A DNA stretch of 64,000 bases, from IMG/VR virus record IMGVR_UViG_3300047560_001345; one strand, given 5' to 3'. The position numbers and the translations under genes are program-made. A model generated the notes under the pieces. It was given only the letters and a program-made list of their open reading frames with translations, had not been told where the DNA came from and searched no databases. Origin of the DNA: a virus. Shown in pieces: positions 7,515 through 16,584 of the stretch. Numbering within the stretch: the first letter of the stretch is position 1; the number at the start of each line of letters is the position of its first letter.

Positions 7515-7850
7515 GTGACCCTCCCCCATGGGAGGAAAGCCACGAGCAAGAAAGTTTGTCCTGATTGCGGGAATGAACGGTTTAAAGTGACAGGCATAGA
7601 ACGTCACGATTGGATAGTGGACGGTCACGGCGAGTTTATTGAAGATGATGGGTGTTATGACGCACGAATGGCAGATGAGACGCATTGGGAGTGCGACGAT
7701 TGCGGTGCGGTGTTTAACCATAACTCCGATTTGGTCGATCCAGATGAGAAGGATGATGACTTCGACCCGCCTGATTACGACTACGATGATCCGAAGGATG
7801 TGTACGAGCGCATGACGGATCTGGAGATACGCTACAACCGAGGGTATTGA
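7515..7850 (+). CDS. Zinc-ribbon protein with acidic C-terminus
   Basis: CPDCGNERF...CDDCGAVF; DDDFDPPDYDYDDP. Start uncertain. Confidence 0.4.
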   Translation: MTLPHGRKATSKKVCPDCGNERFKVTGIERHDWIVDGHGEFIEDDGCYDARMADETHWECDDCGAVFNHNSDLVDPDEKDDDFDPPDYDYDDPKDVYERMTDLEIRYNRGY

Positions 7851-7851
7851 T

Positions 7852-8046
7852 ATGAACCTTACATACGAATGGAAGAAAGCAATTGAACAGATGCGACTAG
7901 AGGGCTACGCCGTGGTAGCCTTTGCTCCGCAAGACCTAGAGGGTGTACACCCCAACGTAGCAGAGACCATCATGGCCTTGGCTTTAGGGCAGAAAATCAT
8001 TGAAGATAGATATGGAAAGCCAGATGAACACACAGACACAAAGTGA
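7852..8046 (+). CDS. Hypothetical protein
   Basis: Track ORF. Confidence 0.4.
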   Translation: MNLTYEWKKAIEQMRLEGYAVVAFAPQDLEGVHPNVAETIMALALGQKIIEDRYGKPDEHTDTK

Positions 8047-8242
8047 CAGGGCGCTCGATCTAGTCGAGCATTATGCAGACATAGTCTGGGACTTGAGCCA
8101 AGACGCAGTTGAAGGAAACCTAGAGGACCTTCTGTGCGACATACTGGTGGACTTGCGCCATCTATGTGCTAACCGAAATATCGATCTGCATGAACTTCTG
8201 GCCCGTAGCTACAGGCATTTTCTAGAGGAGAGACGAGGATGA
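8000..8242 (+). CDS. Hypothetical protein (start uncertain, may be 8012 or 8024)
   Basis: Track ORF; overlaps the previous ORF. Confidence 0.35.
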   Translation: MKIDMESQMNTQTQSDRALDLVEHYADIVWDLSQDAVEGNLEDLLCDILVDLRHLCANRNIDLHELLARSYRHFLEERRG

Positions 8243-8310
8243 CAGAAATAGTTGCCTTTGTACTAGGGTTCGGTATAGGCTACACATTATGGGTTTTTGT
8301 CTGGCGGTAA
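8239..8310 (+). CDS. 23-aa hydrophobic peptide MTEIVAFVLGFGIGYTLWVFVWR
   Basis: ATGA overlap with the preceding stop; SD GAGG; single TM-like helix. Confidence 0.3.
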   Translation: MTEIVAFVLGFGIGYTLWVFVWR

Positions 8311-8521
8311 CGCGGACGCTGGGAGGGAGGTTGCGAGTAGCCTCCCCAGACCTAGCTATGAGTGGTCTGCTTGCAAAAACCATAGCCAACCGCGATGAGA
8401 CACAGTTGCGCTCATATTGGGCAAGCACTACGGTGCTTGTTTGTCCGGCGTACCTGCCTCCGCTCAGGCGCGGTTCCCGTGGGGTCGGGTCACCACCCCA
8501 TCTAATTTAACTAGGAGGATT

Positions 8522-8671
8522 TGTGAAAACTTTAGCGTTCGATGTCATGGTGGTAGTGGCTTTCATCCTGTTGGTGAGCGACGAACCTGTGTGGAGTGTG
8601 ATCCTTTTTGTGGTTGCCTTCACCTACTGGGTGCTGGCTTGCGGCGGGTTGGAGGAATACCCCGATGACTG
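8522..8671 (+). CDS. 49-aa membrane protein (GTG start)
   Basis: SD AGGAGG then GTG; two hydrophobic segments. Confidence 0.35.
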
Positions 8672-8850
8672 ATGACTTTGACGCACCCAACACAAAACCG
8701 GGGTATTGCCCCGAGTGCAATATGAAAGCGGATATTTATGATCCCGCTACGCGAGATTGGCACTGCGTCCTATGCAACTGGCATGGCCGTCAACCGAAAC
8801 AAAAGTTTCTAGGTTGGTGCAGAGCAACCCAACGATTGGTGACAGAATGA
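8665..8850 (+). CDS. Small zinc-ribbon protein
   Basis: SD GGAGGAA; MTDDFDAPNTKPGYCPECN...WHCVLCNWHG. Confidence 0.45.
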   Translation: MTDDFDAPNTKPGYCPECNMKADIYDPATRDWHCVLCNWHGRQPKQKFLGWCRATQRLVTE

Positions 8851-9818
8851 TTGACATCAAAGTACGGGAGGAGCACCTCCCCATCCGAACGCCTATCGAA
8901 TTAGCCAATGCAATTGGTGACTACCTGTTGGTAGTCGATGCCAATGGTAAGGCCGAGCCGGGGACTGAGATTCCTGATGTGGTCTATGCGCGGTTTGAGA
9001 GGGCAAGAGAGCTACTCTTTATTGATACCCGTGTGTTCACTGCATTGGGGTTACAGGACACGATCAAGGATTGGCGTGAGAAGCCGTCCTATTGTGGCGT
9101 GCTTCAGAAACGTCTGGCTTCTGGCTCTGGGAAAACCGTGCGCGGATTCAACTCTGTGTGCTTTGACCTGAGCGAGAACCCGGCAGGGCGTACTGATCCG
9201 ATCAGACCGAGGCGTGGCCGACCCCTAAAGATCGAGCGCGTGAAGGCGCGTGTCGCTATGAATGAGGAGGTGGATAACACCCAAGCCAAGGTGCATGAGA
9301 CATTGGAGCGACTGCGCGTAGAGCTAGGCGATACTGAACTGTGGCCCGATATTCAGCGGATGGCTGACTGGGCAGAGCAGATGCTGAGTGAAGCAAGCCG
9401 ACTCCTGATGCGCGGTAAGAAACCCGGCCCGACCAAGGGCACGCGCAGACCCCGCAAGGCCATTCTCTTGGAAGATCGTGTTCATGTGAAAGCGATTGAT
9501 GATTTCCTGCAAGCCAACGTCAAGCGGTTGCACCGCATCATGCGGAAGACCATGGATGTGAACGGCAGACCCAAACTGGTTGAGAAGGAACTCAGACCTG
9601 AGTGTGATCCAGACGAATGGATCGGACGATATGAGGATGTGGTGGACAATGACGGACGCCAGACCCAACAGTTATTCATCCCCGTGGCAATGCTACGGCA
9701 CGATGAGGATCTGAAAGTTTACGCGCATGACTATCGCTATGTGCGACAGGTTTACCGCAGGATTGGCAGACAGACTGCATACTGTGCGGCCTTCAACATG
9801 GCGCGACCCAAGCCGTAA
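8847..9818 (+). CDS. Hypothetical 323-aa basic protein with an AT-hook-like RPRRGRP
   Basis: Start MIDIKVREEH (ATGA overlap). The largest unassigned early ORF. Confidence 0.5.
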   Translation: MIDIKVREEHLPIRTPIELANAIGDYLLVVDANGKAEPGTEIPDVVYARFERARELLFIDTRVFTALGLQDTIKDWREKPSYCGVLQKRLASGSGKTVRGFNSVCFDLSENPAGRTDPIRPRRGRPLKIERVKARVAMNEEVDNTQAKVHETLERLRVELGDTELWPDIQRMADWAEQMLSEASRLLMRGKKPGPTKGTRRPRKAILLEDRVHVKAIDDFLQANVKRLHRIMRKTMDVNGRPKLVEKELRPECDPDEWIGRYEDVVDNDGRQTQQLFIPVAMLRHDEDLKVYAHDYRYVRQVYRRIGRQTAYCAAFNMARPKP

Positions 9819-9899
9819 AAATTATTTGCTTTGTAAATATGGGGGTGTATGATCACCCCTGCAAACCAACCGGAAGTGGTACTTCCGAGAACCTAGGAG

Positions 9900-10106
9900 A
9901 TGAAAATGAAGAAAGATATTTCTGAAGAGGCGGCGATTGCTTTGATGGTTGGCGTAATGCCGCAAGAAAAGCTTGAAGAGGAGGCAACTGCACTGGTCGA
10001 GTTCATGCTTGATCGAGGGCTTTCACCGGGTCAAGGCTTAGTTGTGATGGGCAAGGTGGTCGAGGGCATGGGCCGGGCATTTGCCGCAAGCGGAGCAGTG
10101 CAATGA
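9900..10106 (+). CDS. Hypothetical protein
   Basis: SD TAGGAG; track ORF. Confidence 0.4.
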   Translation: MKMKKDISEEAAIALMVGVMPQEKLEEEATALVEFMLDRGLSPGQGLVVMGKVVEGMGRAFAASGAVQ

Positions 10107-10318
10107 AAACACTAGATCGCTTTGGTGATTGGATCATTACGACTGGCGCGGGTAACGTGTTCATGTTTGCTGTGGTGGTGCTTACTGCCCTGACGCTTTG
10201 GGACGCGGTGTTTGGCGAGATAGTTGTCCTGTCATCCAAGGAGTTTGAATGCGCACTGCCCGTGCCTGATGGGATCGGCAGCAAGTGCGTTGAATATCAC
10301 CTGAAGAGGGGGAAGTGA
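10103..10318 (+). CDS. Small membrane protein
   Basis: TM WIITTGAGNVFMFAVVVLTALTLW. Confidence 0.4.
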   Translation: MKTLDRFGDWIITTGAGNVFMFAVVVLTALTLWDAVFGEIVVLSSKEFECALPVPDGIGSKCVEYHLKRGK

Positions 10319-10509
10319 TGAGCAAGCGATTCGCCGTCGAGTACACAAAGAGCGTGACCTATGTGGGGTTTGTCACTGCCGATCACTGGACTGAAGCACA
10401 GACTAGGTTCTTTGATGAAGGCCCAGATATTCTAGAGAAACCATACATTGCAGGATCAGACATAAGGTTGAACGGCGTCGAAGACGTGCTAGATGAGGAG
10501 GATAGATAA
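10315..10509 (+). CDS. Hypothetical protein
   Basis: Track ORF. Confidence 0.4.
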   Translation: MMSKRFAVEYTKSVTYVGFVTADHWTEAQTRFFDEGPDILEKPYIAGSDIRLNGVEDVLDEEDR

Positions 10510-11097
10510 ATGGGACAACCAGAATTTGTTTTGAGACTGCTTGACGGCAGACATGGGAGCATGACCTTTGCCGAGGTCATGGGTAAGGTCAACGACACAC
10601 GCACGGCAGTGCAGAAAACGCTTTCCTATCTCTACAAAGAGCATCGTATCTCTAGGGTGCAGGACAATGATGGGATCATGAGTTACAACATCACCCCGCA
10701 TGGGAAGCAGTGGCTGACCAAAGCAGACGAGCAAAGGAATGGCTCGGGTGAGAAGAAGATTAAGTATGAACCGCCGACACTCCGTGGGAAAAAGATCACT
10801 AGTGTCTGGATGGATGAGGCTGCAGCAGTTGAAGCGGCCATGGCCGAGGCCGCTGACATTGCACAAGAACTGAGCCAGAAAAAGGTAGTAGATGTGACCG
10901 AGGCGCACGCTAAGGATACAAAAGAAGCAGTGCAGTCCGCCATGACGTGGGCTAACAAAGAGATGCTGTTGGAAGAGCGGAGACTGGGGTTCTCTGAAGG
11001 ATATGAAGCCGGTGTAAGGGAAGCCGCTCGGGAAGCCTACGAGGACGGCAAGCGTAGCGTGATGAAGAAACTGGAGGTGCTGTTATGTGGAGCGTAA
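10510..11097 (+). CDS. Putative winged-helix DNA-binding regulator with an acidic/coiled C-terminal region
   Basis: N-terminal FAEVMGKVNDTRTAVQKTLSYLYKEHRISRV resembles a PadR/MarR-type wHTH. Confidence 0.4.
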   Translation: MGQPEFVLRLLDGRHGSMTFAEVMGKVNDTRTAVQKTLSYLYKEHRISRVQDNDGIMSYNITPHGKQWLTKADEQRNGSGEKKIKYEPPTLRGKKITSVWMDEAAAVEAAMAEAADIAQELSQKKVVDVTEAHAKDTKEAVQSAMTWANKEMLLEERRLGFSEGYEAGVREAAREAYEDGKRSVMKKLEVLLCGA

Positions 11098-11405
11098 TGG
11101 AAGAGTTTAAGGTCATGGATAGGGTGCACACAGTTGGTGGGCACCAATGGGCTTTCAGATTCCCTAATGGGTATGGCGCGAGCGTCGTTACCGGAGAGCT
11201 GTTCTACACCACAGACACGGAGCCCTATGAGTTAGGTATGGTGAAGTTCGAGAGTGCAGAGGGGGATGATGTCTGCCGTTGGAATCTGGTCTATCCCGAA
11301 GGGTTGATGGAAGATGTGGTGGGCTATCTTACCGAAAGAGAAGTCATTGAGTGGCTTCAGAAGATTAAGGATTACACACCGCCGGAGGTGAACAATGAGC
11401 AGTGA
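11085..11405 (+). CDS. Hypothetical protein
   Basis: Track ORF. Confidence 0.4.
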   Translation: MWSVMEEFKVMDRVHTVGGHQWAFRFPNGYGASVVTGELFYTTDTEPYELGMVKFESAEGDDVCRWNLVYPEGLMEDVVGYLTEREVIEWLQKIKDYTPPEVNNEQ

Positions 11406-11760
11406 AATTTTCTGGTTGTATTTGTTGACCCGATTGGATGGGGTTTTAACCGTAGCCGTCTGTGTCCTTATTGTGTATGGCCTTGCCGTGGTGGGAGGCG
11501 CAATCCAGACGATTGAGGCCTATAACCTAGAGTATGAAGATAGCTTTATGAAGAAGGTGATGGACAAGTTGTATGTCCTCATCACGGCTATCGCGGTGGT
11601 GGTGTTTGTGCCTAATCAGAAGGATGTAGCTTTCATCCTCGCCGGGACGGGTGTGATTGAAGCGGCTAAGACGGATACGGCACAGCGTCTGGCAGGGAAG
11701 TCTGTCACTGTGGTTGAACAGTATCTCGATGAGCTGTTGAAGAAGGAGGAAAAGAAATGA
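11395..11760 (+). CDS. Membrane protein (3 TM) with a KKEEKK tail
   Basis: Hydrophobic segments. Confidence 0.45.
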   Translation: MSSEIFWLYLLTRLDGVLTVAVCVLIVYGLAVVGGAIQTIEAYNLEYEDSFMKKVMDKLYVLITAIAVVVFVPNQKDVAFILAGTGVIEAAKTDTAQRLAGKSVTVVEQYLDELLKKEEKK

Positions 11761-11972
11761 CCAGACTAACAAGAGAACAAGCAGCAATCCTCGGGTGCTA
11801 CACAGGCATATGCTTTGGTCCGTTTGGTGACGTACATAAGAAAGCTGAAGAGCTTCTTGATAGACCTATTTGGACGCATGAGTTTGGGCTACCAGATCTT
11901 TGGGCACAAATAAAAGCCAAGGTAGAGCCAGAGTTCATGGCTATCGCGGCAATGGAGGATGAACCATGCTAG
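11757..11972 (+). CDS. Hypothetical protein
   Basis: Track ORF. Confidence 0.4.
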   Translation: MTRLTREQAAILGCYTGICFGPFGDVHKKAEELLDRPIWTHEFGLPDLWAQIKAKVEPEFMAIAAMEDEPC

Positions 11973-12208
11973 GCCTACTCTTAGTCGGTAGCGCCCTGAT
12001 CACCTCCCCGGAGGGGTCGGCATACCTTCAACCGATGGGCGATGGCTATACCATCTGGTCACCGCAGGGCATCACAACCATGCGCGACTACGGTGGATGG
12101 CAGCAGATCCGCACCCCGGAGGGAACAACTAACGTCATCGATATGACCCCGGGCGTGCACCCTAACCTTGATCCAGTGATCGGCCCTGTGCTGGGCCCGG
12201 AGGAGTGA
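11966..12208 (+). CDS. Hypothetical protein
   Basis: Track ORF. Confidence 0.4.
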   Translation: MLGLLLVGSALITSPEGSAYLQPMGDGYTIWSPQGITTMRDYGGWQQIRTPEGTTNVIDMTPGVHPNLDPVIGPVLGPEE

Positions 12209-12510
12209 TGGGAACTAAACACAAACACTACGATGTGCTCGTCGCGTGGGCGGCGGGTGAGGAGATTGAGATTTATGAAGATGGCGGATGGTATTTATGG
12301 GTATCAGGCGTTCCTCCTTATTTTGAAGATAGCCAATACCGCATCAAACCCAAGCGCGTGAAGAAAGAGGGGTGGGTGAATGTTTATAAATGGAATCATT
12401 GCGCGGGTTTAACGGGTTATGCATATAAATCTAAGGAGTGTGCCGACAAACATGTTGTTATTGGTGACAGAGTAGCCTGTGTTCGCATCGAATGGGAGGA
12501 GGAAGAGTAA
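12205..12510 (+). CDS. Hypothetical protein with a KPKRVKKEGWVNVY...RIEWEEEE domain
   Basis: Paralogue of 7028..7327. Confidence 0.45.
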   Translation: MMGTKHKHYDVLVAWAAGEEIEIYEDGGWYLWVSGVPPYFEDSQYRIKPKRVKKEGWVNVYKWNHCAGLTGYAYKSKECADKHVVIGDRVACVRIEWEEEE

Positions 12511-12767
12511 TGGGCTCCAAGTTCAGCGGACGAGTGTTCTGTGAACAGGATATCCAGATCATCACCGAAGAAGTGTTGTTCCTCGTAGAGGGTGGGTTTA
12601 GACCCCATGACAAGGCTCATGTCCTTGGAGGGCTGGAGTATGCACTGGACAACATGAGTATCGAGGAGTGGAGGGTCTGGCTACATTACCCCCTGAGAAA
12701 AATCATAACCGATCTAACCAAACTAGGAGAGCAACATGAATGTAAAGCTGGTGTCGCTGACGCCTGA
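12510..12767 (+). CDS. Hypothetical protein
   Basis: TAATG overlap; the 32-nt overlap with thyX is tolerated. Confidence 0.4.
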   Translation: MGSKFSGRVFCEQDIQIITEEVLFLVEGGFRPHDKAHVLGGLEYALDNMSIEEWRVWLHYPLRKIITDLTKLGEQHECKAGVADA

Positions 12768-13359
12768 TGCTGAAAAGCAGATCGCCTATTGTGCAAGGGT
12801 GTCATCACCCAACCAAGATAACCCGGAGTATGCAAAGCTCCTTGCTTACTGCATTCAGCACAAGCACTACTCGATCTTTGAACAGGCGTTCATGTCAGTC
12901 GAGATTGAAACGACCCGGATGATCTCAGCGCAGATCCTGCGCCACAGATCGTTCACATTCCAAGAGTTCTCTCAGCGGTATGCAGAGGCGCAGCACTTTG
13001 AAATCTACGAGGCACGCAGGCAAGACAGCAAGAACCGGCAGAACTCTATCGATGACCTGAGCCCTGAGATTAAGGCCGAGTGGCAGGCCCGGCAGCTAGC
13101 CAACTGTGAACGGGTAGTCGCTGATTATAACTGGGCACTGGAGAATGGGGTCGCAAAAGAATGTGCAAGGGCTGTACTTCCGATGCAAACTGTGACTAGA
13201 CTATATATGACGGGGTCGATTCGATCTTGGATACATTACCTTGAAGTGCGGTGTTCACCCGATACTCAGCTTGAGCATCGTGTCATTGCGCTAGAGATTA
13301 AGAAGATTTTTGTGCAGTCCTTGCCTGTGGTAGCAGAAGCATTGGGCTGGACGGAGTAA
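12736..13359 (+). CDS. thyX: Flavin-dependent thymidylate synthase ThyX
   Basis: ThyX signature [16 protein letters not shown] (RHR...S...SxR); SD AGGAGAG. Confidence 0.85.
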   Translation: MNVKLVSLTPDAEKQIAYCARVSSPNQDNPEYAKLLAYCIQHKHYSIFEQAFMSVEIETTRMISAQILRHRSFTFQEFSQRYAEAQHFEIYEARRQDSKNRQNSIDDLSPEIKAEWQARQLANCERVVADYNWALENGVAKECARAVLPMQTVTRLYMTGSIRSWIHYLEVRCSPDTQLEHRVIALEIKKIFVQSLPVVAEALGWTE

Positions 13360-13432
13360 GTGTTATGGCCCCCACCTTTTATTAACAAGGGCTGAATGGG
13401 AGTTCACGGGGGCCACCTATTAAGAGGCCGTT

Positions 13433-13636
13433 ATGACGGACGATGAACGTAGGTGGAAGTTCCTTTTGGCGGGGCACGTAGAGGTCAGCATTGTTTACAA
13501 CAAGCTCACCGCCTCACCATTGGGTTTGCAAGTAGAAGTCGGAGATGACGTTGCGTTCTGCCGCACGCCATATGAAGTGAATCAGTTCATTGATCACTGC
13601 ATCAATCTCAGACATTTCAACGGATCAATTCATTGA
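13433..13636 (+). CDS. Hypothetical protein
   Basis: Track ORF. Confidence 0.35.
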   Translation: MTDDERRWKFLLAGHVEVSIVYNKLTASPLGLQVEVGDDVAFCRTPYEVNQFIDHCINLRHFNGSIH

Positions 13637-13643
13637 GGAGAAC

Positions 13644-13859
13644 ATGAAGAAAGACGAAAAGAACTTCATCGCAATCACGGCCATCGTGCCCATTGTGGTG
13701 GCACTGAACCTTGCCATCTTCGGGTATATCGGCCCGCAGTTGGTGTCGGCTAAGGACTCCTTTGTGGTGTTCCTTGGGGTAACCGGGGTGTTGCTGGCTA
13801 TCTGGATACAGGTGGTCGGCCTCCTCATTTGGTTGAAACGTAACGGAGAAGATAAATGA
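13644..13859 (+). CDS. 71-aa two-TM membrane protein
   Basis: SD GAGGAGAA then ATG 13644. Confidence 0.45.
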   Translation: MKKDEKNFIAITAIVPIVVALNLAIFGYIGPQLVSAKDSFVVFLGVTGVLLAIWIQVVGLLIWLKRNGEDK

Positions 13860-14047
13860 GTGATGAAGGAGAGTGGTGGTCGGACACAGCCCTGCGCTCG
13901 CAGGCTATGAACTTTGTGCTTGATTACTATCGTATCGGTACGAGCAACGGCAAAACGATTACAGACGAGGGTGGAGCGGTACATCTGACCCACATCGTAG
14001 AAGGCGCAAAGATGGTGTATGACTTTCTTAAAGGAGAAGATAAGTGA
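13856..14047 (+). CDS. Hypothetical protein MSDEGEWW...KGEDK
   Basis: ATGA overlap; tandem paralogue of the next ORF. Confidence 0.4.
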   Translation: MSDEGEWWSDTALRSQAMNFVLDYYRIGTSNGKTITDEGGAVHLTHIVEGAKMVYDFLKGEDK

Positions 14048-14217
14048 GTGATGAAGATATAACCAATATCGGGATAGAGGTCATTGACCTCTTACACAGC
14101 AAAGGGCTTTCTGTAGAGCAATCGGTCTACATACTGGCTGATCTTGTGGCCACTGGGGTTAAAACCATTGGACTGCATGATGTGACCGCAAACGATAGCA
14201 AAGGAGACTTTGAATGA
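14044..14217 (+). CDS. Hypothetical 57-aa protein (GTG start) VSDEDITN...KGDFE
   Basis: SD AAGGAGAAG then GTG; duplicated 24-nt junction GGAGAAGATAA(A/G)TGAGTGATGAAG. Confidence 0.35.
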   Translation: MSDEDITNIGIEVIDLLHSKGLSVEQSVYILADLVATGVKTIGLHDVTANDSKGDFE

Positions 14218-15092
14218 TTCAGACAGTGGGTGGGATTCTTTTGGTGGCGCTGATGTTGTTCGGACTCTCGTCCTGCGACAAAGTGCCGGCGGGTCATGTG
14301 GGGGTGTTAGTGCATCTCCTTGGGTCAGATAAAGGAGTCGATGCGGAGGAAGTGCCCGTGGGGCGCAAGTGGGTTGGGATCAATGAGGAGCTTTACCTGT
14401 TCCCGACCTTTACGCAGAACGATACTTGGAATAAGGAACTGTCCATTACGTTTCAGACAAAGGAAGGGTTGAACGTCAATACGGATCTAGGCATCAGCTA
14501 CCACGTCGACCCGAAGAAGGTCACGCTGGTGTTCCAGAAGTACCGCAAGGGTATTGAAGAGATCAGCCATATCTACCTGAGGAACATGGTGCAGGATGCA
14601 CTGGTCCGCGCCGCCTCCGTCAAGGATGTAGAGACCATCTACGGGCAGGGCAAGACGGAACTGTTATCAGAGGTAGAGGGCGTAGTCAGGGCTGAAGTTG
14701 GCGACATCGGGATTGTTGTCGAGCATATCTATTGGGTGGGAACCCTCCGGCTTCCTGACAACGTAGTCGCAGCAATCAACGCCAAGATTGGCGCAACACA
14801 AATGGCGGCACAACGTGAGAATGAAATCCAGCAGACTAAAGCAGAAGCGCAGAAAGCCATTGAACAAGCGCGTGGTGAGGCTGAATCTAAACTCGCTATT
14901 GCGAGAGCGAATGCAGACGCCGTACGTCTTCAGGGCGATGCTGAGGCTGAAGCAATTAATGCAAAGTCCAAGGCGCTTACTGCGAATCCGCAGCTTGTCC
15001 AATATGAGATCGCGCAAAAGTGGAATGGTGAACTGCCGACGACTACGTTTGGCGCGTCTTCGATTCCGATGTTAAGTCTGCCGACTAAATAA
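14214..15092 (+). CDS. SPFH/band-7 (HflK/C, YqiK-like) membrane lipoprotein
   Basis: Signal/lipobox LFGLSSC; band-7 core; C-terminal Ala/Glu-rich coiled coil AQRENEIQQTKAEAQKAIEQARGEAESKLAIARANADAVRLQGDAEAEAINAKSKAL. Confidence 0.7.
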   Translation: MIQTVGGILLVALMLFGLSSCDKVPAGHVGVLVHLLGSDKGVDAEEVPVGRKWVGINEELYLFPTFTQNDTWNKELSITFQTKEGLNVNTDLGISYHVDPKKVTLVFQKYRKGIEEISHIYLRNMVQDALVRAASVKDVETIYGQGKTELLSEVEGVVRAEVGDIGIVVEHIYWVGTLRLPDNVVAAINAKIGATQMAAQRENEIQQTKAEAQKAIEQARGEAESKLAIARANADAVRLQGDAEAEAINAKSKALTANPQLVQYEIAQKWNGELPTTTFGASSIPMLSLPTK

Positions 15093-15105
15093 GGACATCA
15101 TAGCC

Positions 15106-15417
15106 ATGGACGGCATTTTACTGAGAAACAAAATGACTGAAGAAACAAAGATTGAAGACGTAGCACCCGAGCAAGAAGCCAACGAGCACCATGATCTTAG
15201 CCAGAGAGTGTTAGCTCTCATGGAAGGTGTTCCGGCAAATCTGGCGATTAGTGCTCTGGGCTACAGCACCTGTGTGGTAGTGACCTCGACTATGCCCCCT
15301 GATGAATGGGAAGAAACTGCTAGAGCGATTGGTACTGCAATCCTTGGGTACCTCACGGATATAAAGCGAGTAGTAAGAGCTGAAGAAGTTGCAGCGGCTA
15401 ATGATGAAGAGCTCTGA
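15106..15417 (+). CDS. Hypothetical acidic protein
   Basis: Track ORF. Confidence 0.4.
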   Translation: MDGILLRNKMTEETKIEDVAPEQEANEHHDLSQRVLALMEGVPANLAISALGYSTCVVVTSTMPPDEWEETARAIGTAILGYLTDIKRVVRAEEVAAANDEEL

Positions 15418-15652
15418 TCGGGTAGGCACACGCACCATACCCTACTGGGTCGATATCTACGGCGTCCTCAAAGAGGTTGTCTGGGATAAGAAACCTGACG
15501 TAAGGCACCGCCCATTAACTTGGGCGGATCGCCCCATACCGAAGGAAAGACTCAAGGAACTCTGGATTGCGTCCGAAGGGAAACCACAAAAGTTTGCCCG
15601 CCTCATTGAGGCAGAGCATTCGATTAAAGAATGGGAGATTGAGAATGAGTAA
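15389..15652 (+). CDS. Hypothetical protein
   Basis: Track ORF. Confidence 0.4.
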   Translation: MQRLMMKSSDRVGTRTIPYWVDIYGVLKEVVWDKKPDVRHRPLTWADRPIPKERLKELWIASEGKPQKFARLIEAEHSIKEWEIENE

Positions 15653-15890
15653 GAATAATGGTGGACCTGCATTCCCGAATGTGAAGAATTGCCCAGATTT
15701 GTCTGAAAAAGGCATGACCCTCCGCGATTACTTCGCGACCAAGGCAATGCAGGGGATTTATGCCTGTCCGGTACAGCTTTACCGTGCTGATGGAACGCCT
15801 ATGCCTGATCCGCTTACAAGCGCCGACATAGCAAAGATGGCCTACGAAGAAGCAGACGCAATGCTGAAAGCGAGGGAAGAAAATGTTTGA
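15645..15890 (+). CDS. Hypothetical protein
   Basis: Start adjusted to MSKNNGGPAF. Confidence 0.4.
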   Translation: MSKNNGGPAFPNVKNCPDLSEKGMTLRDYFATKAMQGIYACPVQLYRADGTPMPDPLTSADIAKMAYEEADAMLKAREENV

Positions 15891-16140
15891 TAAGTCGACG
15901 TTGAAGCGCATACGGGCGCAGTTGGATATGGAGGATATAGATCCTACGGACAAGGATGTTGAGCTGGCACAGGTGCTGATCCTCATGGCTCAGCGGGAGA
16001 TGATCAAGGTTTTCTACGATGCCTGCCACAAGAACCCGACAGCAAACGCCAAGTGGGTTGCCAAGAAGATGCAGGATATCTGGCTCAATCAAAAGGATCT
16101 GGACGATGGAAAAGAAGAGTCCCGAATCATTCTCCGATAA
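15883..16140 (+). CDS. Hypothetical protein
   Basis: Track ORF. Confidence 0.4.
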   Translation: MFDKSTLKRIRAQLDMEDIDPTDKDVELAQVLILMAQREMIKVFYDACHKNPTANAKWVAKKMQDIWLNQKDLDDGKEESRIILR

Positions 16141-16351
16141 TGTCTTCACCTTTCACCCGGCATATCGGTTTGAAGTTGGGGTTGATGGTGAGCCAGAAGA
16201 AGGTGAAGACTGCTGTGGGTTTTGCGACTGGCCAAAGTCTTTAACCCCGGAACAATTCCTTGTGCACGGTCAGAATGGGTGGATCTGCGTGCAGTGCGTA
16301 AGGACGATAAGAAGTCTGATGGACGATCTGAAAGTAGGAGATGAAGAATGA
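16106..16351 (+). CDS. Small Cys-rich (zinc-finger-like) protein
   Basis: CCGFCDW...CVQCVRT. Confidence 0.4.
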   Translation: MEKKSPESFSDNVFTFHPAYRFEVGVDGEPEEGEDCCGFCDWPKSLTPEQFLVHGQNGWICVQCVRTIRSLMDDLKVGDEE

Positions 16352-16584
16352 TACATCCAAGGTCTACTGCTGGAAACGCTTTGCAAGTCGGCATCAATTT
16401 AATAATCGAAGACCTAGAGCTTAATGACGAAGACATCTGGGATTTAGATATACCAGAAGAGAAACGAGAGATCGTAATGCAGATCTTCATGGATGCTATA
16501 GCAAAAGTGGAGAACCAGAAAATACTCAACCACATACATTGGCTGACTGCCAGAGGGTATACGGTAGTCAAGGAGGACGAATGA
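16348..16584 (+). CDS. Hypothetical protein
   Basis: Track ORF. Confidence 0.4.
   Translation: MIHPRSTAGNALQVGINLIIEDLELNDEDIWDLDIPEEKREIVMQIFMDAIAKVENQKILNHIHWLTARGYTVVKEDE

Noticed and set aside
8289-8668. ORFs 8289..8510 and 8417..8668
   Set aside because: They have no SD, implausible Arg/Gly/Pro-rich composition, and overlap each other. The better-supported small genes are 8522..8671 (GTG with AGGAGG) and 8665..8850.
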